From contig JANYIG010000196.1 in the NCBI GenBank assembly GCA_025358765.1, forward strand, positions 1,734-65,733: 64,000 nt of DNA, written 5' to 3'. Positions 49,346 to 60,292 of this stretch are shown here, one piece after another (the first letter of the stretch is position 1; every line of letters begins with the position of its first letter). The DNA is from Candidatus Kapaibacterium sp. (GTDB lineage Bacteria; Bacteroidota; Ignavibacteria; Kapaibacteriales; UBA4661). The notes beneath the pieces were generated by a model. That model saw only the letters and a list, made by a program, of their open reading frames with translations. It searched no databases and had not been told where the DNA came from. The position numbers and the translations under genes are program-made.

Positions 49346-49654
49346 TTACTGTTTCGGTAAAACCGTCGCAATGGCAGATTTCTCCACGCGAACTTTTACG
49401 TTATCGGCGATGACTACCATCACAGATTTCTCATCCACACTCGAAACCGATCCATGAATGCCTGACGAAAGCAATACTTTATCGCCTTGTTTTAAGCCAT
49501 CAGTCAATGCTTGAAGGTCTTTTTGGCGTTTGGATTGCGGGCGAATGATGAAGAAGTAGAAAACCACAATCATGGCTCCAAACATCACCATCGTGGAAAT
49601 AAGCTGGCTGGACGAATCGCCGCCTTGTTGAGGAGCAAATGCAAGAAAATTCAT
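49346..49654 (-). CDS. yajC: Preprotein translocase subunit YajC
   Basis: The protein is 102 aa with a single TM helix followed by FIIRPQSKRQKD...L..GDKVLLSSGIHG.V. Confidence 0.85.
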   Translation of the reverse strand: MNFLAFAPQQGGDSSSQLISTMVMFGAMIVVFYFFIIRPQSKRQKDLQALTDGLKQGDKVLLSSGIHGSVSSVDEKSVMVVIADNVKVRVEKSAIATVLPKQ

Positions 49655-49702
49655 AGAAATGGATAATTGACAATGAAATAAAATGAAGAAGGTGAACCTT
49701 GA

Positions 49703-50233
49703 TTAGCCGTATTTTGGCTCCCATACGTCCTTGAGAACACAATCCCAGGGCAATTTGTATTCATCGTCAGGGTCGTAAGGATGGGATTGGAGGTTGACTA
49801 CAATCGTTTCTGGCTGCGAGAGTGCTTTCCAGCCGTGCATGATACCGGGCGGGATGAGAATCATTGCGGGGTTTTGGATGCCGATGATAAACGAGTTTAC
49901 ATGCCCCAATGTCGGCGACTTTTCTCGAATATCCACGCATATTACTTGCATTTTACCACGCGTCACAGTGAATTGATCGGTGTGAATCGCATGAAGATGC
50001 CACGCTTTGATAACGGAATAATCCGTTGCCGACTGATACACATGTTGCGGAATAATCAATCCTTCCTGCTCGACCCAAGGTAGGCTCCAAAGCTCAATCA
50101 CATCGCCTCGCCCATCTACAAGTGTCCGAAATTGCTTAACCTTTAATCCCTCTATGGTCGGAGCATGAAACGTGGATTTCTGCTGAAAGGAAAGTGTTTG
50201 GAGGAATTCAACCGTAACATTCTTTGGGTGCAT
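49703..50233 (-). CDS. RmlC-like cupin (dTDP-4-dehydrorhamnose 3,5-epimerase-related)
   Basis: Motifs DGRGDVIELW, KAWHLH, DIREKSPTLG, PPGIMHGWKAL and the YDPDDE region resemble the RmlC/WxcM-like epimerase fold. No other rml genes are nearby. Confidence 0.6.
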   Translation of the reverse strand: MHPKNVTVEFLQTLSFQQKSTFHAPTIEGLKVKQFRTLVDGRGDVIELWSLPWVEQEGLIIPQHVYQSATDYSVIKAWHLHAIHTDQFTVTRGKMQVICVDIREKSPTLGHVNSFIIGIQNPAMILIPPGIMHGWKALSQPETIVVNLQSHPYDPDDEYKLPWDCVLKDVWEPKYG

Positions 50234-50400
50234 AGATTAGTCCACAAAGCAGCATCAGAAATAAAATTGCTTGTAAGACGAGCAAGTTAGCAATTTTTTC
50301 TTGCAAGAGTGACTAAAAAATTTGCAACCGCATACAAACTTGCAGTAATTTAGGTAGAGTGAATTTATGCTAATTCCACGACATTCAAATACCTGAATCT

Positions 50401-52446
50401 ATGGACAATTTTCAACTCGTCTCGAACTATAAACCTACTGGCGACCAACCCGAAGCCATCCGCCAGCTTGTGGAGGGACTCGAACGCAACGACAAGCATC
50501 AGACATTGCTTGGCGTGACGGGTTCTGGTAAAACCTTCACCATTGCAAACGTCATTGAAAAAGTGCAACGCCCGACGCTTATTATCTCGCATAACAAAAC
50601 GCTTGCAGCACAGTTGTACGCGGAATTTAAGCAGTTTTTTCCGCACAATGCGGTAGAGTTTTTCATCAGCTATTACGACTATTATCAACCAGAAGCATAC
50701 ATTCCCACAACAGACACGTTCATTGAGAAGGATTTCGCCATTAACGACGAAATAGACCGCTTGCGGCTTAAGGCTACGAGCTCGCTCATTGAAGGAAAGC
50801 GTGATGTGATTGTCGTGTCGTCGGTGTCGTGTATCTACGGTTTAGGAACGGTGGATTCATTCCGCCAGATGTTGCTGCCGCTCCGCAAGGGAATGAAGAT
50901 TGACCGTCAAAAGCTGCTCTACAAACTCGTGGATATGTACTACTCGCGTAACGACTTCGAGTTTGTGCGAGGTACGTTTCGTGTGCGCGGCGACGTGATT
51001 GATATTATGCCTGCATTTGAGGATTCCACAGCGATTCGTATTGAGCTTTTTGGTGACGAAATTGATAAACTCAGCTACATTAAAGCGCTTGATGGTAAAA
51101 CCATCGAAACCGTCGAGGCAACAACGCTTTATCCTGCGCGGCTTTTTACTACTACACAGCCGGAATTAGAACGTGCCATCATTGACATTCAAAACGAACT
51201 TCGCAACCGCCTGAAGGAGCTTTACGATATGAATAAGCTGCTCGAAGCGCAGCGCCTTGAACAGCGAACGTTGTTCGACCTTGAAATGATGCGGGAAGTG
51301 GGCTATTGCTCCGGTATCGAAAATTACTCCATGCACCTTTCGGGACGGAAAGTGGGCGACAAGCCAACGTGTTTAATTGATTATTTTCCCGAAGATTTTT
51401 TGATGGTTATTGACGAAAGTCACGTGACTGCCTCGCAAGTACGCGGCATGTACAACGGCGACCGTTCGCGCAAAACCACGCTTGTGGAACACGGGTTCCG
51501 CCTGCCATCTGCATTAGAGAATCGCCCGCTCAAATTCACAGAGTTTGAGGGAATGCAAAGCCAAGTGTTGTATGTGAGCGCTACGCCCGGGGATTATGAG
51601 TTAGAAAAATCACAGGGCGTGGTGGTGGAACAAGTGATTCGACCGACGGGTTTGCTTGACCCCGAAATCAGCGTACGCCCCGTTAAGAATCAGATTGACG
51701 ACCTACTCAACGAAATCCGTATTCGCCAAAAGAAAAAAGACCGCGTGCTCGTAACCACGCTCACCAAGCGTATGGCAGAGGATTTGTCGGGATATTTGCA
51801 GAATTTACAAGTAGCGGTGGCGTATATTCATTCAGATATTGATTCATTGGAGCGCGTCGAGATTTTGCGAGACCTGCGGCTTGGCAAATATGAGGTGCTT
51901 GTGGGTGTGAACCTTCTGCGCGAAGGGTTGGATATGCCGGAAGTGTCACTTGTGGCAATTTTGGATGCGGACAAAGAGGGTTTTTTGCGAAGCGAACGTT
52001 CATTGATGCAGACCGCCGGACGCACTGCGCGAAACGCTGAGGGCTTGGTGATTTTGTACGCCGACCGCATTACAAACTCCATGCAAAAACTCATGGATGA
52101 AACAAATCGTCGTCGCAAACTTCAGGTCGAGTACAACACCAAACATGGCATCAATCCTCGAACCGTATATAAATCAATTGAGGAAATTTTGCAGGGTACT
52201 TCGATTGCAGATATCAATGTAAAACGCAACGAGCGCAAGAAGGAAGTAGAGTTGCAGCATATCCGCAAAGCAGCCGAGCCGATGCTCAAGTTTATGACCG
52301 CCGACCAACGCAAAGACCTCGTTATCCAACTTACGGAGGAAATGAAAACAGCCGCCAAAGACCTTGACTTCGAGCGTGCTGCAGAACTCCGCGATGAAAT
52401 TAAACGCTTGGAAATTATGGAGCAAACGGGAGTATTAGCATCGTAG
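50401..52446 (+). CDS. uvrB: Excinuclease ABC subunit B
   Basis: Motifs [17 protein letters not shown], Walker [11 protein letters not shown], the beta-hairpin region [16 protein letters not shown], and the C-terminal UVR domain ([15 protein letters not shown]) are present. Confidence 0.97.
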   Translation: MDNFQLVSNYKPTGDQPEAIRQLVEGLERNDKHQTLLGVTGSGKTFTIANVIEKVQRPTLIISHNKTLAAQLYAEFKQFFPHNAVEFFISYYDYYQPEAYIPTTDTFIEKDFAINDEIDRLRLKATSSLIEGKRDVIVVSSVSCIYGLGTVDSFRQMLLPLRKGMKIDRQKLLYKLVDMYYSRNDFEFVRGTFRVRGDVIDIMPAFEDSTAIRIELFGDEIDKLSYIKALDGKTIETVEATTLYPARLFTTTQPELERAIIDIQNELRNRLKELYDMNKLLEAQRLEQRTLFDLEMMREVGYCSGIENYSMHLSGRKVGDKPTCLIDYFPEDFLMVIDESHVTASQVRGMYNGDRSRKTTLVEHGFRLPSALENRPLKFTEFEGMQSQVLYVSATPGDYELEKSQGVVVEQVIRPTGLLDPEISVRPVKNQIDDLLNEIRIRQKKKDRVLVTTLTKRMAEDLSGYLQNLQVAVAYIHSDIDSLERVEILRDLRLGKYEVLVGVNLLREGLDMPEVSLVAILDADKEGFLRSERSLMQTAGRTARNAEGLVILYADRITNSMQKLMDETNRRRKLQVEYNTKHGINPRTVYKSIEEILQGTSIADINVKRNERKKEVELQHIRKAAEPMLKFMTADQRKDLVIQLTEEMKTAAKDLDFERAAELRDEIKRLEIMEQTGVLAS

Positions 52447-52609
52447 AATAAGGCTAACGTGGTTGTGTTGAAGCGTCGGCTATGCAAAAAAAGGGTAGCG
52501 GATTTGCCCGTACAATTTAGGTTGAAGTCGCAGAGGAAAGGTAGAATACGGAGGCTTATTAAAGGCTATTGCGAAATCTGCACTGAATTAAGTGGGATTC
52601 GTACAAGAA

Positions 52610-53035
52610 TTATCGAAACATTTCTTTGATCATACCCCACGTACGGCGGACAGAGCTGACTGTATGGGTAACAGAAATGGGGTTGGTATAGGTGCTTTTG
52701 TCATCGTTTCCCACAATTTTTAGACGATAGACATAAAGCGTCGCGTTCTGAATTGTGCTTGTTCCCGATCCACCACGCAAAAACGCATTTTCATCCACGA
52801 AACGATAGGATGTTTGTACTCCAGCAACATTCACGGTGCCGACTTTTTTGAAATCGTTTTGATTTGCCGTTGAGCGTTCAACTTCGTAGAGGCGAACATC
52901 AATTTCTTTGCTACAGCGCCATTCAACGGTAATATTCCTACCATCAGAACGAGCCGTTAATGTCTCCAGTGTTGCATCGGAGGCAGTAACGACAGAAACG
53001 CAAAGAAAAAACAATATGAGAATGGTGGTTTTCAT
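52610..53035 (-). CDS. Small secreted beta-sandwich (Fn3-like) protein of unknown function
   Basis: A signal peptide is present (MKTTILILFFLCVSVVTA). The pattern VEWRCSKEIDVRLYEVERS...YRFVDEN...YVYRLKIVGNDDKSTY is typical of Ig/Fn3-like modules in FCB-group surface proteins. It is the last gene of the partner-switching operon. Confidence 0.45.
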   Translation of the reverse strand: MKTTILILFFLCVSVVTASDATLETLTARSDGRNITVEWRCSKEIDVRLYEVERSTANQNDFKKVGTVNVAGVQTSYRFVDENAFLRGGSGTSTIQNATLYVYRLKIVGNDDKSTYTNPISVTHTVSSVRRTWGMIKEMFR

Positions 53036-53130
53036 TATGTTTTAAAATACGCAAGGAGCAAACGAAACACAACAAAAAAGTACAAAAAAATCAGCACTTG
53101 CGGTGATTCTTTAGTAAAAGCGGATAAAAT

Positions 53131-53643
53131 TCAGTTCAATTTTTTTGTGAGTTTTAAGCGGTTAAACGGGTGGGCTGGGTCGGAGGGGAAATACTCCACG
53201 TCGTCCATCGTCATGCGGATGATATGAACACCAAAGCCACCGCGACGGTGCTGTTCGGCGTATTCGCGAAGATTAGGTGCAGGTACGTTCAAAGGGTCGA
53301 ACGCCGCACCAGAATCCAAAATTTCAATTACTAATATTCCTTCATCAAAACCGACCTCAACACAAAACTCCTTCGAGCTATCATGCTGATAGCTGTGGCG
53401 AATTAGATTGGAGCATGCCTCATCCACCGCAAGCGTGATTTTGTACACACCTTGTTCAGTGAAGCCAAATTCACGTGCTTTTGACTCCACAAAATGCCGA
53501 ACTCGTTCGAGTTCCTGTGTATCGCCCGATGCGTACATACGTTCTTGCATAGATGATTGTGCTGAGGATTGAGCGGTTTCCATTTCTCTCACCGTATCCG
53601 ATGACCAACTTAAGCGTGCTGACGGGTTTGGTGACCGTCTCAA
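53131..53643 (-). CDS. RsbW/SpoIIAB-like anti-sigma serine kinase (HATPase_c)
   Basis: It has an N-box (AVDEACSNLIRHSY) and a G-box region (RRGGFGVHIIRMTMD). A TTG start overlaps the STAS stop (TTGA at 53640-53643); an alternative ATG is at 53583. Confidence 0.75.
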   Translation of the reverse strand: MRRSPNPSARLSWSSDTVREMETAQSSAQSSMQERMYASGDTQELERVRHFVESKAREFGFTEQGVYKITLAVDEACSNLIRHSYQHDSSKEFCVEVGFDEGILVIEILDSGAAFDPLNVPAPNLREYAEQHRRGGFGVHIIRMTMDDVEYFPSDPAHPFNRLKLTKKLN

Positions 53644-53984
53644 TTAAATTTTGCGAATGCTTCTTCTTCGGTATCTACTATATCGAATAGCATCGGGAAC
53701 CCGAGCAAATCAAAAACTGTGAATACTTTTGGCTTCATGCCGGCAAGTTTGATGTCGCCGCTATTCGCACGGACTTCTTCGATGAACACCATAAACACGC
53801 CCAACCCTGCACTGCTGATGTACTCCAAGTTATTGAAGTTCACAATGATACGATTTTTGCCTTGTGAAATGACGATGGAGATTGCCGTTTCTAACTGGGG
53901 GGCGGTGTGAGCATCAAGAAACCCATTCAAATAGATGACCTCGGCGCGATCATTGCTTTTCTGTTCGAGAGAAAATTTGTTCAT
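53640..53984 (-). CDS. STAS-domain anti-sigma-factor antagonist (RsbV/SpoIIAA-like)
   Basis: The protein is 114 aa. The conserved phosphorylatable Ser context is LEYISSAGLGVF. Confidence 0.8.
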   Translation of the reverse strand: MNKFSLEQKSNDRAEVIYLNGFLDAHTAPQLETAISIVISQGKNRIIVNFNNLEYISSAGLGVFMVFIEEVRANSGDIKLAGMKPKVFTVFDLLGFPMLFDIVDTEEEAFAKFN

Positions 53985-54146
53985 AACTGTTCTTCTAATC
54001 GGTTAAGTATGCTGTACGCGAAATTGTATTGAAAAGTTGCACAAAAATACAAGAATCTCGCTGAAAATTTCGTACTGTTCTGCTGAGTTATATTTGAAAT
54101 CTATGTGTTGGTTTGAGATTTGTTGGCGTTTTTAATGAACGCGCCG

Positions 54147-56321
54147 TTATGAGCGCACCGCCAAAATACCAATGATTGTCATATCATCAAACTGTGTGGC
54201 TCCGCTGCTAAACTCCGCCACACGGCGTACAAGCTCGCCCACAAGGTATTGTGCTTCATCGTATTGATGATTACTCATGATCTCGCAAATGGGTTCGTAG
54301 CCAAACTCATCATTCTGAGCATTTGCCGCTTCGTTAATGCCATCGGTAAAAATCAAGCAGCTGTCACCTGCCGTAACGGAAAAGCGAACTTCTTCTAATG
54401 ATTTATCAAAAAGGGCAGGCTTTACCAGCGCAATGCCAAAGCCTTTTGGTGTGAGAAGCTCTACTTTCGGAACGCCGTCGCAAAGTCGTTGCAGCGCTAT
54501 TGGTGTGTGCCCTGCACGAGCAATCACAAGCTCATTTTTCGCTTCGTCGAGTGCAACCGCCGTTACCGTAATGTATGAACCGCGCTCTAAATTCCCTAAC
54601 AAGGCAGCATTAATACGTTGTAGCAGGTCTTTTGGCGAAGAGCTTTCCGGCGCAACTGCCAGCGCAACACCTTTGAGTTCTGCCATGTAGAACGCAGCCG
54701 TAATGCCTTTCCCCGACACATCGCCTATAATGAGGCAGTGAGTTCCATCTTTCAAACGAACACTATCGTAATAGTCTCCACCCACTTCGAGCGCGGGCGA
54801 AGAATACGCCGCAATATCAAATGCTGCAACGTGTGGAAGCTCTTTTGGCAAAAGTTTTTGCTGCATTTCGCGGGCGAGCATAAGTTCACGCTTGTAGCGT
54901 TCTTTTTCGAGCGAGTTTTCAAAGAGGCGGGCATTTTCAATAGCAATGCTAATGTTATTTGCAAATGCCGACAGCAGCGAAATATCCTCAAACTCAAATG
55001 CGAATTTATCTTTATGCACTGCAAAGACCGTGCCGATGCGCTTGCTATCCAACATAAGCGGCACGGCAATTAGCGATTGGGTAAACTCTATGGTGTACGG
55101 ATAGACAGATGCAAACGCCTGTTCTTCGTCCAATGCCTCGAAATAGATGGCTTGTGAATCATTCTCATCCTGCTGGGCAAGCACAGAGCGTAGAATACCG
55201 TCTTTGTACAACATCTGGAGTTGCTGTTGCGAGATGTTGAGTTGAGCAGCAATGCGAGGTTCCGGCGAGCCATAGAGCGCTTCGTCTTGAAGTTCAATCC
55301 ACGCCGACGTTGCACCGCATACGTCACGAATCATCGTCGTAACAATGTTGAGCAGCCGATGAAGATCATAGACTTGAGAAATGGTGCGGCTCAGATATGT
55401 GAGTGAGCGAACCTCATTGATTTTACGGTCAATCACCGTTGCTGTTGGCAGCGCAAGCACAATCGAAAACGAAACGCGGAAAAAGAAAATGGAGATGAGT
55501 GAACTTGCTATCATTATTAAGTTCGATAAACCCGGAAGCACCAAATTGAGCGACCGCATCGTTTCTGTATTTTCCGCAATGTGAATATCCAATCCCAAAC
55601 TAATAGCAAACGCGAGGACGGAAATACCCAACGCCTTCCACTTTTGGTCTTTGCTGAAGGTTGCTAACCACGGCAAACGGAAGATTGTCACGAGAAACAT
55701 AATTCCGATACCTGCCAGAATAACCGCCATTATGCCTTGTGCATCGAATCCGAGAATTGCCGCAAACACTTGAATCAATACAACTGTGATACCCACAACT
55801 GCAAAAGCAGTGCGAAAACGGCTTGTCATCTCGTTGCGGCGAATGGCAATCAGGATGTTTAGCCATTGAAACTGCCGTGTAATGACGGCAACGACAGCAA
55901 GCGAAACAGCATTTCCCAAAAAGCAGCGAATAATATCTTCACTGCGGTCAAATTCAATCACATTGCCTACGAGTGCACCAGCCGCAAACAGCGCAATACT
56001 TGATGCCCAGAGGAATCGTCCCGCATTATTGAAAATTTCCACAGGTTGTGTGGACGAAATTGGGTCTTTTTTTCGGACGGGAAAAAGCGAGGCAAAAATT
56101 CCGGCAAAGATTCCGGCTACTCCGATTTTGAGGACGGACGTGACACCAACCGATACACCATGAAAAAAGGATTCGTTCGAGGCGAGAAAAAATGTATCAA
56201 CAATGGTCATCAACGCTGCGAAGAACGCAGTCGCAAGAATGGCACCACTATCTTTCTTCGCTGAAAAACGAGAAAGAGCATTAGACACCGTGTCTGATAA
56301 ACGTTGTACCAAATTGCTCAT
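54147..56321 (-). CDS. Membrane-anchored GAF + PP2C (SpoIIE/RsbU-type) serine phosphatase
   Basis: The first ~300 aa hold about 8-9 TM segments. A central GAF-like domain follows, then a C-terminal PP2C domain (GGDYYD ... IGDVSGKGITAAFYMA ... FTDGINEA ... FDDMTII). Confidence 0.85.
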   Translation of the reverse strand: MSNLVQRLSDTVSNALSRFSAKKDSGAILATAFFAALMTIVDTFFLASNESFFHGVSVGVTSVLKIGVAGIFAGIFASLFPVRKKDPISSTQPVEIFNNAGRFLWASSIALFAAGALVGNVIEFDRSEDIIRCFLGNAVSLAVVAVITRQFQWLNILIAIRRNEMTSRFRTAFAVVGITVVLIQVFAAILGFDAQGIMAVILAGIGIMFLVTIFRLPWLATFSKDQKWKALGISVLAFAISLGLDIHIAENTETMRSLNLVLPGLSNLIMIASSLISIFFFRVSFSIVLALPTATVIDRKINEVRSLTYLSRTISQVYDLHRLLNIVTTMIRDVCGATSAWIELQDEALYGSPEPRIAAQLNISQQQLQMLYKDGILRSVLAQQDENDSQAIYFEALDEEQAFASVYPYTIEFTQSLIAVPLMLDSKRIGTVFAVHKDKFAFEFEDISLLSAFANNISIAIENARLFENSLEKERYKRELMLAREMQQKLLPKELPHVAAFDIAAYSSPALEVGGDYYDSVRLKDGTHCLIIGDVSGKGITAAFYMAELKGVALAVAPESSSPKDLLQRINAALLGNLERGSYITVTAVALDEAKNELVIARAGHTPIALQRLCDGVPKVELLTPKGFGIALVKPALFDKSLEEVRFSVTAGDSCLIFTDGINEAANAQNDEFGYEPICEIMSNHQYDEAQYLVGELVRRVAEFSSGATQFDDMTIIGILAVRS

Positions 56322-56630
56322 ACGTAGGCGCTGGACAAGTCAAAATCACAATTCTTGTGATTGTGTGATTGGTTCGTGAAACGTATCTGCTACTACGCAA
56401 CGATAATTGAAAAGTTTCTTCTCGAACACAACCGATTATTACTATTTCGATGAGATTATACTGCCATTTGGAATATTCGCTACATTCCGGCATTTGCTGT
56501 GTAAAAATATTTACAAAGCGCACCAAGTTTACAAAATCCTACGCTGAATGACAAAAAGATTCTATTTTTGCGCCTTGAGCAATAATGAATAACAGCACGA
56601 TTCCACAACTTTTACGAACGCACATTTGCT

Positions 56631-57575
56631 ATGAAAACCATAAAACCGGGCGAAATTTCTCAACCAGAATTCCACAAACTACTGCTTTCTGGCGTTGCAC
56701 CCCGTCCGATAGCGCTTGTATCTACGATTGACAAAAAAAATGGCGTGGTGAATCTTTCACCATTCAGCTTCTTCAATGCCTTTAGCTCAAACCCGCCTAT
56801 TGTCGCGGTTGGTCCCGCACACCGCGCCACCGACGGCACATCGAAGGACACCTACACAAACTTGCTCGAAACAGGCGAATGCACAATCAATGCCGTTACC
56901 TACAGCATGGTGGAACAATCAAACCTCAGTTCCTGTAATTATCCCTCAGACGTGGATGAGTTCATCAAAAGCGGGTTTACAAAACGCCCCAGCACAGACG
57001 TAAAGCCGCCGGGAGTGGCAGAATCACCATTTATCATGGAATGCCGCCTGTTGCAAATGATTGATCTTGCGCCGGACGTGGCAGGAAGCGGCAATATGGC
57101 GCTGTGCAAAGTAGTACGCCTGCACGTAACACATTCGGTCTTTGACGGCAATGTGATTGACCCGCACAAAATAGATTTAGTGGGACGTATGGGCTTATCA
57201 TGGTACGCCCGTGCCAGCGGCAATGCCGTATTTGAACTTCCTCAGCCGCGCTGGAATGGTATTGGATTTGATGCATTGCCGGAATCAATCCGCTCCAGCA
57301 CAATTCTTACGGGCAATGATTTAGCAAAACTCGCCAGCGTGAAGCAGTTCTCTAAACGAGATATTGATTTCCCGCCGCCAGATGAATGTGGCGAAGCAGA
57401 GGATTTTCCTATTGAATTCAACACGGGCAACGCCTTTGGTGCGCTCCATGCACTCCTTAAAGCGCCGAACAACAATCAAATTCTCTTTCGCGAGAACCTC
57501 CATAAAATTGCACAACTGTTCCTGAAGCAAGGAAACATCGAAGCCGCATGGCAAGTACTCATGATTCCTTCATGA
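56631..57575 (+). CDS. Flavin reductase-like (FMN-binding split-barrel) protein with ~100-aa C-terminal extension
   Basis: Motifs ...APRPIALVSTIDKKNGVVNLSPFSFFNAFSSNPPIV... and ESPFIMECRL are typical of flavin reductase-like domain proteins. Confidence 0.7.
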   Translation: MKTIKPGEISQPEFHKLLLSGVAPRPIALVSTIDKKNGVVNLSPFSFFNAFSSNPPIVAVGPAHRATDGTSKDTYTNLLETGECTINAVTYSMVEQSNLSSCNYPSDVDEFIKSGFTKRPSTDVKPPGVAESPFIMECRLLQMIDLAPDVAGSGNMALCKVVRLHVTHSVFDGNVIDPHKIDLVGRMGLSWYARASGNAVFELPQPRWNGIGFDALPESIRSSTILTGNDLAKLASVKQFSKRDIDFPPPDECGEAEDFPIEFNTGNAFGALHALLKAPNNNQILFRENLHKIAQLFLKQGNIEAAWQVLMIPS

Positions 57576-58768
57576 CGGATATTTATTCTGGTTACAAACC
57601 AATGACCGACTTTCTCCACATCGAATATCAAAACGCAGTGCTCGTTTGTACTCCGCTTCAGCCGATGAAGTTAATGAATTCATTCGGCTATGAAACAGCA
57701 TTCACACGCTTGGCAGCGTTGCAAAAAGAACTAACTACTCCGCAAAAAGCTGTTGGAGCGCTTTGTACGGTAGATTTTTCACGGATTGACGACTACGACT
57801 CGTATTGTGTGGTGTGGCTAGCCGCCGTAAAGCGTTTGTGCGCTCGCTACGAGCTTCCACTCCACATTGAAGGCATGAGCGCTTCAATGGAACAGTTTGT
57901 GGCACTTTTGGAAAAACCGTTGCTCGCGGAACGCGCCGCGCTTCAACAACCGTCGGGATTGCGGGAATATGTCACCCAAATAGGCATATCCACACTTGCT
58001 GTTCTGGCGGATGCACGATTTTTTCTGGAGTTTTTGGGTGAGTTTGTAATGAATGCCGTTCTTCCGCTTTGGAAGCCGCATAAAATCAAGTCCGTCATGC
58101 GTTGGGAGGAGCTTCCGGCCCAGTTCATGCGTTCTGGTGTAAGTGCAGTCCCGATTGTCGCGCTTATCGGGCTGTTGATGGGTGTGATTGTGGGGTATCA
58201 AGGGGCAATACAGTTGCAACAATTTGGTGCGGAAGTGTATTTAGCAGATATGGTGGCGGTTGCTATGACACGAGAATTAGCACCACTTATGACGGCAATT
58301 ATTGTTGCAGGGCGCTCTGGCGCTGCGTTTGCTGCTGAGATAGGAACAATGCAGGTTTCGGAGGAAGTGGATGCACTCACGGCAATGGGTTTTAATATTA
58401 TGCGGTTCCTCGTGATGCCGCGCGTACTGGCGGTGGCGCTCGCTATGCCGCTTTTGGTTTTATTTTCCGATATAGCAGGCATTATTGGCGGTTTATTTAT
58501 TGGGATAACGGTTTGCAAACTTTCGCTCTCGGGTTATTTGAACGAAACCCGTCAAGCCCTCACTTACGCACATTTGTTTAGTGGATTAGGAAAAAGCCTC
58601 GTGTTGGGGCAATTAATCGCACTCGTCGGCTGTATGCGCGGTTTGCAGGTACGCGGTGGTGCCGAAAGTGTGGGACAATACACAACGTCGTCCGTCGTGA
58701 CGGGTATTTTTCTGATAATCCTTGCAGATGCAGTATTCACACTGCTTTTTCAGGCACTCGGTATTTGA
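57572..58768 (+). CDS. mlaE: MlaE-family ABC permease with N-terminal STAS-like extension
   Basis: The C-terminal ~260 aa form an MlaE core (GVIVGYQGAIQLQQFGAEVYLADMVAVAMTRELAPLMTAIIVAGRSGAAFAAEIGTMQVSEEVDAL). The ATG at 57572 overlaps the upstream stop (ATGA); an alternative ATG is at 57548. Confidence 0.8.
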   Translation: MTDIYSGYKPMTDFLHIEYQNAVLVCTPLQPMKLMNSFGYETAFTRLAALQKELTTPQKAVGALCTVDFSRIDDYDSYCVVWLAAVKRLCARYELPLHIEGMSASMEQFVALLEKPLLAERAALQQPSGLREYVTQIGISTLAVLADARFFLEFLGEFVMNAVLPLWKPHKIKSVMRWEELPAQFMRSGVSAVPIVALIGLLMGVIVGYQGAIQLQQFGAEVYLADMVAVAMTRELAPLMTAIIVAGRSGAAFAAEIGTMQVSEEVDALTAMGFNIMRFLVMPRVLAVALAMPLLVLFSDIAGIIGGLFIGITVCKLSLSGYLNETRQALTYAHLFSGLGKSLVLGQLIALVGCMRGLQVRGGAESVGQYTTSSVVTGIFLIILADAVFTLLFQALGI

Positions 58769-58801
58769 ATGTCACTTCTCATAATTCTTCTAAACTCCGC
58801 A

Positions 58802-60043
58802 TCAAACCCTCTTTTCCACCGACCACACGACGGCGGTTGCCGTTTCGTTCTGCCGCACAAGCTCCACCGTCTCGCCGCTTTGAAGACGTTCCGAAGCCCC
58901 AATAATACCCTCTTTTCCTTTAAGCAGAGCAAATCCGCGTTTGAGCGGTGAAAGCGGATGCAACGAGGCGCAATGTGCTGCCAACGATTCCACACGCTGA
59001 CGTTTTGCCGCAAATATGCGCTGAACGGCAGCGTTCATGCGGGTAGTAAGTTCATCTACATGTTGTTCGTTACGGCGAATGTGTTCAGGAATACGGCGAA
59101 ACGCTGGATGTATTCTGTAGCGCTCAATGTCGGTGCGAAGGTCATCTAACCGTTGCGTCACACGGCGTGTGATGTACTCCTTCGTGCCAGCAAGCGCCGC
59201 CAACACCTCGTCGGCATCGCGCACAGCAAGCTCGGCGGCGGCGGTCGGCGTGGCGGCGCGAACATCGGCAACAAAATCAGCAATGGTGAAATCAATTTCG
59301 TGCCCGACGGCAGAAATGATAGGAATTTCCGAACGAAACACTGCCTCGGCAACTTCCTCTGTGTTGAACGCCCACAAATCCTCGATGGAACCACCTCCGC
59401 GCCCGATAATTAGAACGTCGCAGTCTGTTTCGTTCAATGCGTGGATGGCACGCACGATGTCCGCCAATGCGCCTTCGCCCTGCACGAGTGTTGGGCGGAG
59501 CAGCACCTCGCACGAGGGCATTCTACGGGCAAGCGTGGCGATGATGTCTCGAACAGCAGCACCTGTCGGCGACGTAGCCACGCCGATTTTCACGGGAAAA
59601 CGTGGGAGTGGTTTTTTGTATGCTTGGTCGAACCATCCACGTTCGTATAGTGCTTTTTTGAGTGCCTCAAAAGCAATCTGCAAATCCCCTTGCCCAACTA
59701 CTTCCAACGAGCGGCATTCTATCTGCACCGCCCCGTTTGGCGGATAGAGTGTGACTTTTCCACGAGCAATAACGTTCATACCGTTGGTGGGCGTGAACCG
59801 CAGCGTAGATGAGCGCCACATCACGGCTTTGAGCTGTGCTTTGCTGTCTTTGAGCGTGAAATAGCGATGTCCCGACGAATGCTGCACAAAATTCGAGATT
59901 TCTCCTTGCACGGCAATATTTCCGTAGCCGTCTTCTAACGTTGTTTGCAGCGCCCTTGTGATGTCGCCGATGCTCAAGACGGTATCGGCGGCTGAAGTGC
60001 TTGCTATTTGCTGACTTGCTATTTTTTGAATACGGAGTGCCAT
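58802..60043 (-). CDS. xseA: Exodeoxyribonuclease VII large subunit
   Basis: It has an OB-fold N-terminus (VQGEISNF..HSSGHRYFTLKD) and a catalytic core (RGGGSIEDLWAFN, ISAVGHEIDFTI). Confidence 0.9.
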   Translation of the reverse strand: MALRIQKIASQQIASTSAADTVLSIGDITRALQTTLEDGYGNIAVQGEISNFVQHSSGHRYFTLKDSKAQLKAVMWRSSTLRFTPTNGMNVIARGKVTLYPPNGAVQIECRSLEVVGQGDLQIAFEALKKALYERGWFDQAYKKPLPRFPVKIGVATSPTGAAVRDIIATLARRMPSCEVLLRPTLVQGEGALADIVRAIHALNETDCDVLIIGRGGGSIEDLWAFNTEEVAEAVFRSEIPIISAVGHEIDFTIADFVADVRAATPTAAAELAVRDADEVLAALAGTKEYITRRVTQRLDDLRTDIERYRIHPAFRRIPEHIRRNEQHVDELTTRMNAAVQRIFAAKRQRVESLAAHCASLHPLSPLKRGFALLKGKEGIIGASERLQSGETVELVRQNETATAVVWSVEKRV

Positions 60044-60292
60044 AAATATTTGAAAATTATAGACAAATAGAGGTGTAAAGTTACTGATTTTATGCGGTCT
60101 TCAAGCGTCAAAAAAAACTGTGTGTTTTCTTACATCCAATTTGCTGCACAAAACCAGCAGTTTGCTGCAAAGCGCCGTTGCACGTACCACATTCATTAAA
60201 CGATATTGTCGAGACGGTGTTCCAACACAATGAACAGAAAATCAACACTTCGTTGATTTATTCATTTTTCACACATTTCAGGAGTACTCATA

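Noticed and set aside
58769-58801. Expected xseB (exonuclease VII small subunit) next to xseA
   Set aside because: No small ORF with XseB character lies on either side of xseA. The flanks are occupied by mlaE (convergent) and the xseA promoter region.
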